From a virus (Duplodnaviria; Caudoviricetes), in IMG/VR virus record IMGVR_UViG_3300027798_000104, positions 1 through 38,083 of that record: a stretch of 38,083 nucleotides of DNA; one strand, written 5' to 3'. A program made the position numbers and the translations under genes. Positions 19,454-27,780 of the stretch are shown here, piece after piece; the stretch's first letter is position 1, and every line of letters begins with the position of its first letter. A model generated the notes under the pieces. The model searched no databases. It had not been told where the DNA came from and saw only the letters and a program-made list of their open reading frames with translations.

Positions 19454-21706
19454 TTATTCTTCAATTTCTCCGCGGTCTCTGGCGGCTCTAGCTTCAGCAG
19501 GTGTCATTTCTGAGGTTGATCCATCACTGGTATTAGTCACTACTGTTTTAGCAGTCGGGAATGATTTAGCACTAGCTGGTGCAGTACTATCCTGTCCTTG
19601 TCGTCTGTTGGCTACAAGATTCTGTGTAAACTTTCCGTTTTTAAAAGAACTGGTGATAGTTGTTAATTTATAAAGTCCGCTAAATTGTGAAACTAGTTTG
19701 GCATTATTAATGTCAAACAATCCAGTCGATTGATTAAGATCAGTGGGTGTTTTAAAATTAATTACAACATCAACTTCACCATTTTGATAATTTACATTTC
19801 CATCTTTTGTCACATTAATTAAATTAGTTTGTGTTGCTGTATAATTTCCTACACCGCTGTTGGCAATATAATACGGGTCGCCTGCAATATCCATGTTGAT
19901 ATTCATCATGTCCATACCGTTGATTAAAGCGTCATGAAACATTCTTGCTACTCGACTTGCTTGTGTCTCACCTTTACTACCGCCTTTACTATCAGTTGAA
20001 AAAACCGATGCAACAAATTTAGATGCAGTGGCAACAGCATCCACTACTGGATTACCACCAACCGGCGCTTCAGGAGCAGACTTAGGCTTATCTTTAGGTT
20101 CAACAGGTGCATCTCCCGATGTTGTAAAATTATCTGCTTGGAATACTTGATAAAAGGTATTAGATACATCGATGTCAAATTTTAGTACTTCGCTATTTTT
20201 GCCGGTGTAGATATAATTATATTCTTTAGCGGCTTGTTTTTTAAGTTGCTCTATACCAGGTGCTGATGCATTTGGCGCTAACATACGACTAGCATGAACT
20301 TGATAAGGAACTACTCGATAAACGTGTAACTTAGGTAGTGTTCCAGTTTTAGCCAAGTTGGCATTGTTTGGTATATGATATGTTTGCACATCAATGCGCC
20401 ACCATGGTCTCATACCGTTTATATTCGGGGGTCTATCTAAGGCTGCAACTGCTATCTCGCTTTTTAATAAAACTTGATTGATAGCATTGATCACATCTGA
20501 TCCACGTTTAAAAGTAAAATCGTTAAGGCCAACCGGTACTGCTGTTACATTAGCTTTAATTTTATTTCCGTTGGCATCAATCGTGTTTACATCTTCATTA
20601 AAGGATCTGGAAATGTCAAATCTTAATACTGCTTTGCCAATATCGTTACACACGCCGTCCGGTTGTACTAATGTTTTATTGACCGAACTTCTTGATATAT
20701 TTAATTTACCAAATAGTTTTGCATCGGTGAATGAAGCGGCTACGTCTACCGTAGCAGTTGTTGGTGTTTCCTTAGTGGCAGTTGCCGAACTTGCTAAATT
20801 TGTTCCGTTAGCTCCGCTAGAAGAAATATCTGTGGGGAACAGTATTACATATTCGTCTGGAACGTTTACTAGCTTTTCATCTTTCTGTTGTTTTGTTTTA
20901 GCATTTAGTGCGGCTTGCAAACTATTAGCACCAGTCTGTAATATTTCTTGTACAGTTCTACCTTTTATTGTGTGATCTGCTTTTAATAATCTAACACTGT
21001 CTGCTTGCGATGCCGCGTTGCATGGCACACCGGTACACTGATAAACACTTCCAGACCCCGATACTTTAAGATTCATGTTGTTAAAATTAAAAGGAATAAA
21101 TTTCTTTGTTCCCGGAACTGTTTTTAATGCTCCTAATTGATCTGACCCTCGAAACTCAATCATAAGCAAATAGGGCGCCTCGTTGAAGTTTTTATAACCT
21201 TTATTTCTTGCGGCAATTTGTATGGCCTGCATAAACTGCCCCATGCTATATGGTTCAATTATTGTAAATTCTAAATTAGTACTGTTCGTATTACCGGTAC
21301 CTTTTTCAAATCCGTATTGTCCTTTTATTACTAAGTCAGAACAATAGTATTCTTGGATACCTGTAGTTTGTTTTACTCTGTTATTTGGAGTTATGCTTGC
21401 GCCTCTAAATATAAACGGGGTAGGTAATATGCCTGCCATGTAAGAAGTGTCGGGATAATTGTATTCGTCGGCAGACAAGCAAGCCATACTAATAATATAA
21501 TCGTATGATGCATATTGACTTAACGAATTTGACATTGGCAATTTATAGGGACTAGGAATTAGTCCAGCATCTAATGACGTGAACAAGCTGTCAACAGATG
21601 CTCCAAAACTTTGTAACGAGCTGGCAAGGCCGCCAAGAGCTGATGCTACACCACTAACTACCGCAATGCCTGTTGCTACTGCCGCAAGATCCTTTGTTGC
21701 TGCCAT
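19454..21706 (-). CDS. Putative baseplate hub protein (gp27/phage late-control D-like), 750 aa
   Basis: Lies between the gp53-like and gp5-like genes. Motifs LEFTIIEPYS, KEYNYIYTGKNSEVLKFDI, INMDIAGDPYY and FSGLYKLTTITSSFKNGKFTQNL resemble hub-protein C-termini. Confidence 0.65.
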   Translation of the reverse strand: MAATKDLAAVATGIAVVSGVASALGGLASSLQSFGASVDSLFTSLDAGLIPSPYKLPMSNSLSQYASYDYIISMACLSADEYNYPDTSYMAGILPTPFIFRGASITPNNRVKQTTGIQEYYCSDLVIKGQYGFEKGTGNTNSTNLEFTIIEPYSMGQFMQAIQIAARNKGYKNFNEAPYLLMIEFRGSDQLGALKTVPGTKKFIPFNFNNMNLKVSGSGSVYQCTGVPCNAASQADSVRLLKADHTIKGRTVQEILQTGANSLQAALNAKTKQQKDEKLVNVPDEYVILFPTDISSSGANGTNLASSATATKETPTTATVDVAASFTDAKLFGKLNISRSSVNKTLVQPDGVCNDIGKAVLRFDISRSFNEDVNTIDANGNKIKANVTAVPVGLNDFTFKRGSDVINAINQVLLKSEIAVAALDRPPNINGMRPWWRIDVQTYHIPNNANLAKTGTLPKLHVYRVVPYQVHASRMLAPNASAPGIEQLKKQAAKEYNYIYTGKNSEVLKFDIDVSNTFYQVFQADNFTTSGDAPVEPKDKPKSAPEAPVGGNPVVDAVATASKFVASVFSTDSKGGSKGETQASRVARMFHDALINGMDMMNINMDIAGDPYYIANSGVGNYTATQTNLINVTKDGNVNYQNGEVDVVINFKTPTDLNQSTGLFDINNAKLVSQFSGLYKLTTITSSFKNGKFTQNLVANRRQGQDSTAPASAKSFPTAKTVVTNTSDGSTSEMTPAEARAARDRGEIEE

Positions 21707-21707
21707 A

Positions 21708-22007
21708 TTATATGCCTAGTACTGTTGACAAACTGCTGTTTTTAGGAAGATAAATTTGTTTGCCTATAGAAAAATCAAAAACAGGATCTTCTAATACATC
21801 TAAATTTCTTTGCACAAATACCCACCACAGATTTGCATCACCGTATAGGTCAAATGCCAGTAAGTCTGGTCTGTATTGATATTGAGGTCCGATAGTATAC
21901 AATACATCATCGGGCTCTGCGCTTACCGGACGTATCGAAAGCACGTCTAAATAATTTTGAGTTATTTGTGTTGTATACCAAGGACTAGTGTTATTATAAG
22001 TTGCCAT
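21708..22007 (-). CDS. Baseplate wedge gp53-like / LysM-like (tail X) protein
   Basis: YQYRPDLLAFDLYGDANLWWVF..RN...DPVFDF..GKQIYLP is a gp53/LysM-type motif. Confidence 0.8.
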   Translation of the reverse strand: MATYNNTSPWYTTQITQNYLDVLSIRPVSAEPDDVLYTIGPQYQYRPDLLAFDLYGDANLWWVFVQRNLDVLEDPVFDFSIGKQIYLPKNSSLSTVLGI

Positions 22008-22009
22008 AA

Positions 22010-22921
22010 TTAAATGTATCCAAATGCGTTTTGCACATAGCCGCCTGTCACAAATCTATCAAGACTAAATTTACGAGCACTTGATCTGCTGTACATTGGT
22101 TGTAATGTAACTGTAAAAGTACTCTTTGTAGGAACATAGGCCTTGCCGGCATCAGTACCCCCACCAACCCCAAACGATCCTAATATCCCACCTACATTAC
22201 CTAAGCCATCTGTAAGGCTACTTAGACTACTTAATCCTAAAGTTTCCGACAAGCCTCCGATACTGTCTGCTAAACCGCCGGCTATTGCCATTGTACTTGC
22301 TTTAGGATCACAGCTGATATAATCACAGTCTTTTCCTAATGATGTTTGAAAATTTGTTACTACTACGGGAACGTTTTTAAAAACATAACTACCATAACCG
22401 TTTAAAAATATTACAGGAGGAGGGTTACCTGCTTTAGGATCAAAGCCTGCAAACATTTTTGTTATGCTACGGAAATAATGTAATGCCGCGATCCAATATA
22501 ATGCTTGAGTAGAGTCCTCAACGTTCATGGGAGCTGTTATAGTTATCTGCCCAGGAGCACTGTTCTCGTAAGCCTGGAATTGATAATTACTATGCGTTGT
22601 GGGAATTGCACTATATTTTGCGGCTGTCGAAAATGACACTTCTGGGGTGTAGGGAAATACCATTCCGCCTGCATCTTTTAATGGTGCTAACACTGGGCTA
22701 GTTCTAAAACTAGGCCAATATGGGAGGCTCAATCGTACACGCCAATCGTCGGCATTGCCGAGGTCACTAAACATAGAAACTGCACCTAGTATATCTCCTG
22801 CCGCTTCTGCTCCGCCTGTTAGTCCGGCACTGGCTAATCTTGACAAACTAGCGACACCAGTACCAATTCCGCTGATTGCTGTTGTTGCTGTAGATATTGA
22901 TTGCGTTAAACTCGATGCCAT
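22010..22921 (-). CDS. Putative tail-tube initiator / baseplate tube cap (gp48/gp54-like)
   Basis: GMVFPYTPEV...THSNYQFQAYENS...GNPPPVIFLNGYGSYVFKNVPVVVTNF...VPTKSTFTVTLQP resembles contractile-system tube-initiator proteins. First gene of the baseplate operon. Confidence 0.6.
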   Translation of the reverse strand: MASSLTQSISTATTAISGIGTGVASLSRLASAGLTGGAEAAGDILGAVSMFSDLGNADDWRVRLSLPYWPSFRTSPVLAPLKDAGGMVFPYTPEVSFSTAAKYSAIPTTHSNYQFQAYENSAPGQITITAPMNVEDSTQALYWIAALHYFRSITKMFAGFDPKAGNPPPVIFLNGYGSYVFKNVPVVVTNFQTSLGKDCDYISCDPKASTMAIAGGLADSIGGLSETLGLSSLSSLTDGLGNVGGILGSFGVGGGTDAGKAYVPTKSTFTVTLQPMYSRSSARKFSLDRFVTGGYVQNAFGYI

Positions 22922-22944
22922 ATTGATTTCCCCATTTGATACTC

Positions 22945-22952
22945 TATTTATT
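22945..22952 (-). promoter_or_regulatory. T4-type late promoter (AATAAATA) for the baseplate operon
   Basis: tatttatt on + reads AATAAATA on -, about 24 nt upstream of the ATG at 22921. Confidence 0.6.
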
Positions 22953-22980
22953 TGACTTTATTAAGTGCATAGTTTATAAT
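22952..22980 (+). promoter_or_regulatory. sigma70-type early promoter for the gp55-gp47-gp46 operon
   Basis: TTGACT (22952-22957), 17-nt spacer, TATAAT (22975-22980). A GGAG RBS follows before the ATG at 23003. Confidence 0.85.
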
Positions 22981-23002
22981 ACAACATCCGGAGAATGATT
23001 AA

Positions 23003-23836
23003 ATGACAGTTAAAGTTAACTACCTAAACAACAAGGATATGTTGTTAGAAATACATAGATCAAAGAGTTCATATTGCTCATTTACCGATCCAAAGTACCA
23101 TCAATATGACATTATTTTGCCAAGTACAGACAAAATAAACATACGCACGATAGCCGAAGCTAAAAGAAATCAAGCCAAAAGAATAGGTGATTTGGACTAT
23201 CAAACACGCAAAAAGGCTGGTGAAAAAGTCAAACAAGCTGACTGCGAAATCGACTATAAGAAGATTGACAAGCACGATTTAGTCTTTAGAATCATGACAT
23301 TTGATCATATTCCGCTTAATAATACACGCAAGAAAAACCCTAAAAGTCTAGCTGATCACCGGGACAAAGTTAATTTTCCACCGTTCCAACATTGGAAGTT
23401 TAATGAAACTGAAGAACTAGTTTGTGTGGGTAAGAGTCACTGGAAGGGACCGTTAGATACTGGACGCTTTGACAAAGATGCTGGGACTATTACCAACACC
23501 CTAGCCCGCATGATGATTAAACTATGCGAACGATATGCAACTCGTGGTAACGTTCGAGGTTATACATACAATGACGAAATGAAGGGCCAGGCCATTCTAC
23601 AGTTAACACAAATTGGATTGCAGTTTGATGAGAGTAAATCAGATAACCCGTTTGCCTATTTTACTGCGGCTGTTACTAACAGCTTTGTTCGTGTTATTAA
23701 TCTGGAAAAACGTAATCAAAATATACGTGACGATATTTTAGAAATGAATGGAATGAATCCGTCATATTCACGCACGGGACAAGGCGAACACGAGGCCGCT
23801 CTTAAACGACATAACGAGGATACTACTAGTGAGTAA
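23003..23836 (+). CDS. gp55: Late-transcription sigma factor, T4 gp55-like
   Basis: NYLNNKDML N-terminus and LCERYATRGNVRGYTYNDEM..AILQL...FDESKSDNPFAYFT..VTNSFVRVINLEKR. Upstream of gp47/46 as in T4-like phages. Confidence 0.9.
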   Translation: MTVKVNYLNNKDMLLEIHRSKSSYCSFTDPKYHQYDIILPSTDKINIRTIAEAKRNQAKRIGDLDYQTRKKAGEKVKQADCEIDYKKIDKHDLVFRIMTFDHIPLNNTRKKNPKSLADHRDKVNFPPFQHWKFNETEELVCVGKSHWKGPLDTGRFDKDAGTITNTLARMMIKLCERYATRGNVRGYTYNDEMKGQAILQLTQIGLQFDESKSDNPFAYFTAAVTNSFVRVINLEKRNQNIRDDILEMNGMNPSYSRTGQGEHEAALKRHNEDTTSE

Positions 23837-24842
23837 TTTGTTTAAAAAAGTAGCATGTTTTACAGACATACATTTTGGATTAAAATCTAATAGTTCAACT
23901 CATAATCAAGATTGTGAAGATTTTGTAGATTGGTATATTGCCAAAGCAAAAGAGGAGGGATGTGATGTTGGCATCTTTATGGGCGATTGGCATCACAATC
24001 GTAACAGTCTTAATATTACTACTATGGACTATAGTCTTAGAGCCCTTGAGAAACTGGGACAGGCTTTCGATAAGTTTTATTTCTTTCCTGGCAATCATGA
24101 TCTTTACTACAAAGATAAGCGGGACATCCACTCAGTTGAATTCGGAAAGTATATTCCTGGCATAACTGTGGTACACGAGCCCACTACTATTGGTGACGTT
24201 ACTTTATGTCCTTGGCTCGTTGGGGAAGAGTGGCGAAGCATAGGCAAGAAGGGCGGCAAGTATATCTTTGGCCACTTTGAATTGCCCAGCTTCTTTATGA
24301 ACGCTATGGTACAAATGCCGGACCACGGAGAGATTCAATTAGATAGTTTTCAAAACTATGAGTTAGGATTTAGTGGGCATTTTCACAAGCGACAGCAACG
24401 CCAAAATATGATTTACATCGGCAATGCGTTTCCGCACAACTATGCAGATGCATGGGATGACGAACGAGGTATGATGATATTAGAATGGGATGGAACTCCG
24501 GAATACCATAGCTGGCCGGCGCAACCAACGTTCCGCACAGTTAAATTAAGCCAGCTTATCGATGAAGCGGACTCGTTAATCTTGCCCAAGCAACATTTAC
24601 GTGTTACACTAGATATTGACATCTCGTATGAGGAAGCAAGTTTTATCAAAGAAAAGTTTGTATCTGATTATGATATCCGAGAACTAACTTTGATTACAGA
24701 ACGCAAAGACGTTGAGATTAATACTAACATTGATATACAAGCATTTGAAAGCGTTGATCAAATTGTAAGTAGCCAAATCATTAATATTGAAAGCGACCAA
24801 TTTGACAAGAACACACTTTTAGCAATTTATAATAGCCTATGA
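23829..24842 (+). CDS. gp47: Recombination endonuclease subunit (Mre11/SbcD-like)
   Basis: Metallophosphoesterase motifs FTDIHFG, GDWHH, GNHD, GHFE, SGHFH. GTG start overlaps the gp55 stop. Confidence 0.93.
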   Translation: MSNLFKKVACFTDIHFGLKSNSSTHNQDCEDFVDWYIAKAKEEGCDVGIFMGDWHHNRNSLNITTMDYSLRALEKLGQAFDKFYFFPGNHDLYYKDKRDIHSVEFGKYIPGITVVHEPTTIGDVTLCPWLVGEEWRSIGKKGGKYIFGHFELPSFFMNAMVQMPDHGEIQLDSFQNYELGFSGHFHKRQQRQNMIYIGNAFPHNYADAWDDERGMMILEWDGTPEYHSWPAQPTFRTVKLSQLIDEADSLILPKQHLRVTLDIDISYEEASFIKEKFVSDYDIRELTLITERKDVEINTNIDIQAFESVDQIVSSQIINIESDQFDKNTLLAIYNSL

Positions 24843-26617
24843 TAAAAATTAAGGAATTAACTGTACGTAACTTTATGAGTGTAGGCAACCAAACTCAAGG
24901 AGTTAATTTTGCACAAGAAAACTTAACACTGGTACTAGGCGAAAACTTAGACCAGGGTGGAGACGATAGTGGCAGTAGAAATGGTACTGGTAAAACTACT
25001 ATCGTAAATGCCTTGAGTTATTCTCTGTTTGGTAATGCGCTTACTAACATTAAAAAAGATAATCTTATTAACAAGATTAACAATAAAGGCATGTTAGTTA
25101 CTCTAGCATTTGAAAAAGATGGCACTGACTATCGTATCGAGCGTGGGCGCAAACCTAACATATTAAAGTTCTATGTAAACGATCAAGAACAAGAAACAGA
25201 CGAAACAGATGATGCACAAGGCGATATGCGTGAAACCCAGAAAGACTTAGATGACTTGCTGGGTATGAGTCACGATATGTTCAAGCATATTGTCGCTCTT
25301 AACACGTATACTGAACCGTTTTTATCAATGCGGGCAAATGATCAGAGGGTAATTATTGAACAACTTTTAGGTATCACATTACTGTCAGAAAAGGCAGAAA
25401 CGCTAAAAGAAATGATTCGGCAAACTAAAGATAGCGTTATGCAAGAAAGTGCTGATATCGAAGCGGCAAAAAAATCTAACGAAAAAATTCAAATAAGCAT
25501 TGATAGTCTGTTAACTAGACAAACTGCTTGGAATACCCAACACGAACAAGAACTTGAAAAAATCGGTCGTGCTATTATTGAACTTGAAAGTGTTGATATT
25601 GATACTGAGCTAGCCAAGCATGCCGAGCTCAAAGTTTACGAAGAAGCTTCGCAGAAGCTAAAAAGCCTAAACAAGGAGCGGGCTACGTTAGACAGCGCGA
25701 CAGCGCAAGCGGAGCGAAGCGTAAAAAAATACGCTGACGAGCTTGCTAAGTTGAAGGACAAAAAATGTCACGCTTGTGAACAGGAACTGCATGATCACAA
25801 ACATGAAGAAATGTCTACTACTGCTCAACTGCACTTAGACGAAGCCAACAAATACAATAACAAGGTAGCCGCGGACCTTGCTAAAATCATGAAAGAGATC
25901 ACGGCTATTGGCGAAATTGCAAAACGTCCCAACACTTACTACGATACTGTAGAAGCCGCACTTAAACATCAGAATAATTTAAAAACTCTTGAAACACAGT
26001 TGACTATCAAAGCAGGAGAAACTGATCCTTATCAAGAGCAAGTTGATGAGTTAACTGATACTGCCATACAAGAAATCACATGGGACAAGGTTAATGAGCT
26101 TAACAGTCTCAAAGAACATCAAGAGTTTCTGCTCAAGTTGCTGACCAGCAAAGACAGCTTTATTCGGAAAAAGATCATTGATCAGAATTTAGCCTATCTC
26201 AATAACAGATTGACCTACTATCTCGACAAGATGGGACTACCGCATACTGTCACATTCCTCAACGATTTAACCGTTGAGATCATGCAACTTGGGCAGGATC
26301 TAGACTTTGATAACTTGAGCCGTGGCGAACGCAATCGATTGATTTTGTCGTTGAGCTGGGCGTTCCGTGACGTGTGGGAAAGTCTATATCAAGGTATTAA
26401 TTTACTGTTCATTGACGAGCTTATTGACAACGGGCTAGATGCCGCCGGTGTTGAAGGTGCGTTGGCTGTACTTAAGAAAATTGCCCGTGAACGTAAAAAG
26501 AATGTGTTCTTGATATCGCACAAAGATGAACTAATCGGTCGTGTGAACAATGTACTTAAAGTCATTAAAGAAAATGGCTTTACGTCATATGCCAATGATC
26601 TAGAGGTTACAGAGTAA
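24839..26617 (+). CDS. gp46: Recombination ATPase subunit (Rad50/SbcC-like)
   Basis: NFMSVGN, Walker A (NGTGKTT), coiled coil with CHAC zinc hook, signature LSRGE, Walker B LLFIDE, ISH switch. Confidence 0.95.
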   Translation: MIKIKELTVRNFMSVGNQTQGVNFAQENLTLVLGENLDQGGDDSGSRNGTGKTTIVNALSYSLFGNALTNIKKDNLINKINNKGMLVTLAFEKDGTDYRIERGRKPNILKFYVNDQEQETDETDDAQGDMRETQKDLDDLLGMSHDMFKHIVALNTYTEPFLSMRANDQRVIIEQLLGITLLSEKAETLKEMIRQTKDSVMQESADIEAAKKSNEKIQISIDSLLTRQTAWNTQHEQELEKIGRAIIELESVDIDTELAKHAELKVYEEASQKLKSLNKERATLDSATAQAERSVKKYADELAKLKDKKCHACEQELHDHKHEEMSTTAQLHLDEANKYNNKVAADLAKIMKEITAIGEIAKRPNTYYDTVEAALKHQNNLKTLETQLTIKAGETDPYQEQVDELTDTAIQEITWDKVNELNSLKEHQEFLLKLLTSKDSFIRKKIIDQNLAYLNNRLTYYLDKMGLPHTVTFLNDLTVEIMQLGQDLDFDNLSRGERNRLILSLSWAFRDVWESLYQGINLLFIDELIDNGLDAAGVEGALAVLKKIARERKKNVFLISHKDELIGRVNNVLKVIKENGFTSYANDLEVTE

Positions 26618-26865
26618 TGCACCAAGACGAAGAGTTGCATGCCGAACTCTTAAAGAAGTTTAGAGAGTATTTTGAAGCTAATCAAGAATGGTTAGGAAGA
26701 GGCACGAAGGTGTCGGCTATAAAACTGCGCAGGATAATGAGCGAGATTAGAACATTGCTGAGTCGGCGCAGAGTATTGGTCCGAGAATGGACTGACCAAA
26801 AAGAAGAACAATTAAAGGCACGTAATCAAAAACGCAAGGCTACCAAGGGATCCAATGCTAACTAA
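26617..26865 (+). CDS. Small basic helical protein, Hc1-like (histone H1-like) putative nucleic-acid-binding protein
   Basis: 82 aa, coupled to gp46 by TAATG. GRGTKVSAIKLRRIMSEIRTLLSRRR resembles the G-x-K-A-A-x-x-R-x-R-K core of short Hc1-like proteins (recognised from memory). Confidence 0.5.
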   Translation: MHQDEELHAELLKKFREYFEANQEWLGRGTKVSAIKLRRIMSEIRTLLSRRRVLVREWTDQKEEQLKARNQKRKATKGSNAN

Positions 26866-26868
26866 AGC

Positions 26869-27294
26869 ATGTCATGGACTTATCAAAATGAAATTGTTGA
26901 AACACTTCCCGAAGAATGTGTTGGTTTCGTATATTTGATAACAAATGACATCTCTGGCAGAAAGTATATAGGCAAAAAATTAGCCAAGTTCGCTAAAACA
27001 TCTTACCGGGTGGTTAAGCTCAAGAACGGAACTAAGAAAAAGAAGAAAATTCGTAGCAAGATCGACAGCGATTGGAGAGATTATTATGGCTCCAGCGATG
27101 CGTTGACAAAAGACATAGAAACACTAGGCAAAGAAAACTTCAGTAGAGAAATCCTATATTACTGCACATCCAAGGCGCAATGCTCTTACATCGAGGCCAG
27201 AGAACAATTCACCCACAAAGTTCTTGAATCAACGGACTATTACAACGGACACATAGCTGTTCGTGTACACGGTTCACACATATTAAAATCATAG
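26869..27294 (+). CDS. Stand-alone GIY-YIG superfamily nuclease (catalytic domain only)
   Basis: GFVYLITNDISGRKYIGKK (GIY-YIG pair), WRDYYGSS, helix SYIEARE with candidate metal-binding Glu, terminal YYN. Lys-rich insert KLKNGTKKKKKIRSK. Confidence 0.8.
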   Translation: MSWTYQNEIVETLPEECVGFVYLITNDISGRKYIGKKLAKFAKTSYRVVKLKNGTKKKKKIRSKIDSDWRDYYGSSDALTKDIETLGKENFSREILYYCTSKAQCSYIEAREQFTHKVLESTDYYNGHIAVRVHGSHILKS

Positions 27295-27324
27295 GCTCCT
27301 AGCGGTAATATAGCTCGCACTAGC

Positions 27325-27640
27325 TAATATCTTGTGCCCATGACAACTCGATAAAAAGAGGGACGGAAATCTCTAGCCGCCAGAGTACTCAGCAACTATC
27401 CTTAACAGGACGATGATCGCGAATTGCCGTGGTTTTGCTGTTTTAAACTAAAAAGGCACAAGGAAGGGTGAAAAACCCTACGTTTGTCAGTATGTTAGCG
27501 TATACTCACAAACCGCCGTTGAATAAAGACTCAGCTCGTGGTATCGGTCAACCGCCACTGTAATGCTGTAACGCTAAGTGACATACGTGCAACTCAGATA
27601 ATGTCAATTCTTTGCCCGGCCTGGGCAAAGTGTGACTGAA
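27325..27640 (+). ncRNA. Putative highly structured non-coding RNA of unknown family (boundaries approximate)
   Basis: No ORF in the track. Helices: CTTGTGCC 27331-38/GGCACAAG 27455-62; CAGCAA 27390-95/TTGCTG 27435-40; TCCT-TAAC-AGGA 27399-410; AGGGT-GAAAA-ACCCT 27465-79; stem 27482-27513 with loop TTAGCG complementary to CGCTAA 27572-77; CTTTGCCC/GGGCAAAG 27610-30. Confidence 0.6.
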
Positions 27641-27645
27641 CAATC

Positions 27646-27745
27646 TAGATAATATCTAAGTGCTTCGCACTTAATAGTTCTTGATAATTAAAGAAAAGAG
27701 AATATGCTTGAGCGCAAGCGAAGAGCAGATGAACGTAGTTCATCT
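27646..27745. repeat. Cluster of short inverted repeats, including GNA-triloop hairpins
   Basis: TAGAT-AAT-ATCTA 27646-58; TAAGTGC-TTC-GCACTTA 27657-73 (GCGAAGC core on -); GCTTG-AGCG-CAAGC 27706-19; AGATGAAC-GTA-GTTCATCT 27727-45. Confidence 0.8.
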
Positions 27746-27753
27746 TTAAAGTA

Positions 27754-27761
27754 GATAAATA
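27754..27761 (+). promoter_or_regulatory. T4-type late promoter (GATAAATA)
   Basis: About 20 nt upstream of the ATG at 27781, with a GAGGA RBS between. Confidence 0.7.
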
Positions 27762-27780
27762 TTCTTAGAGGATTCCCTAA

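Noticed and set aside
24839-26617. gp46/gp47 as an SMC-type defence system (Wadjet/Lamassu)
   Set aside because: The gp55-gp47-gp46 synteny is the standard T4-like recombination module.
26869-27780. Group I intron carrying a GIY-YIG homing endonuclease
   Set aside because: No interrupted host gene: the upstream ORF ends 3 nt before the nuclease, and the downstream ORF has its own promoter and RBS. I could not find convincing P/Q/R/S core motifs with correct spacing. A covariance-model search should still confirm this.
27295-27780. tRNA, tmRNA, group II intron or CRISPR array in the intergenic region
   Set aside because: No cloverleaf with T-loop GTTCRA and CCA end, no domain V motif, and no regularly spaced direct repeats.
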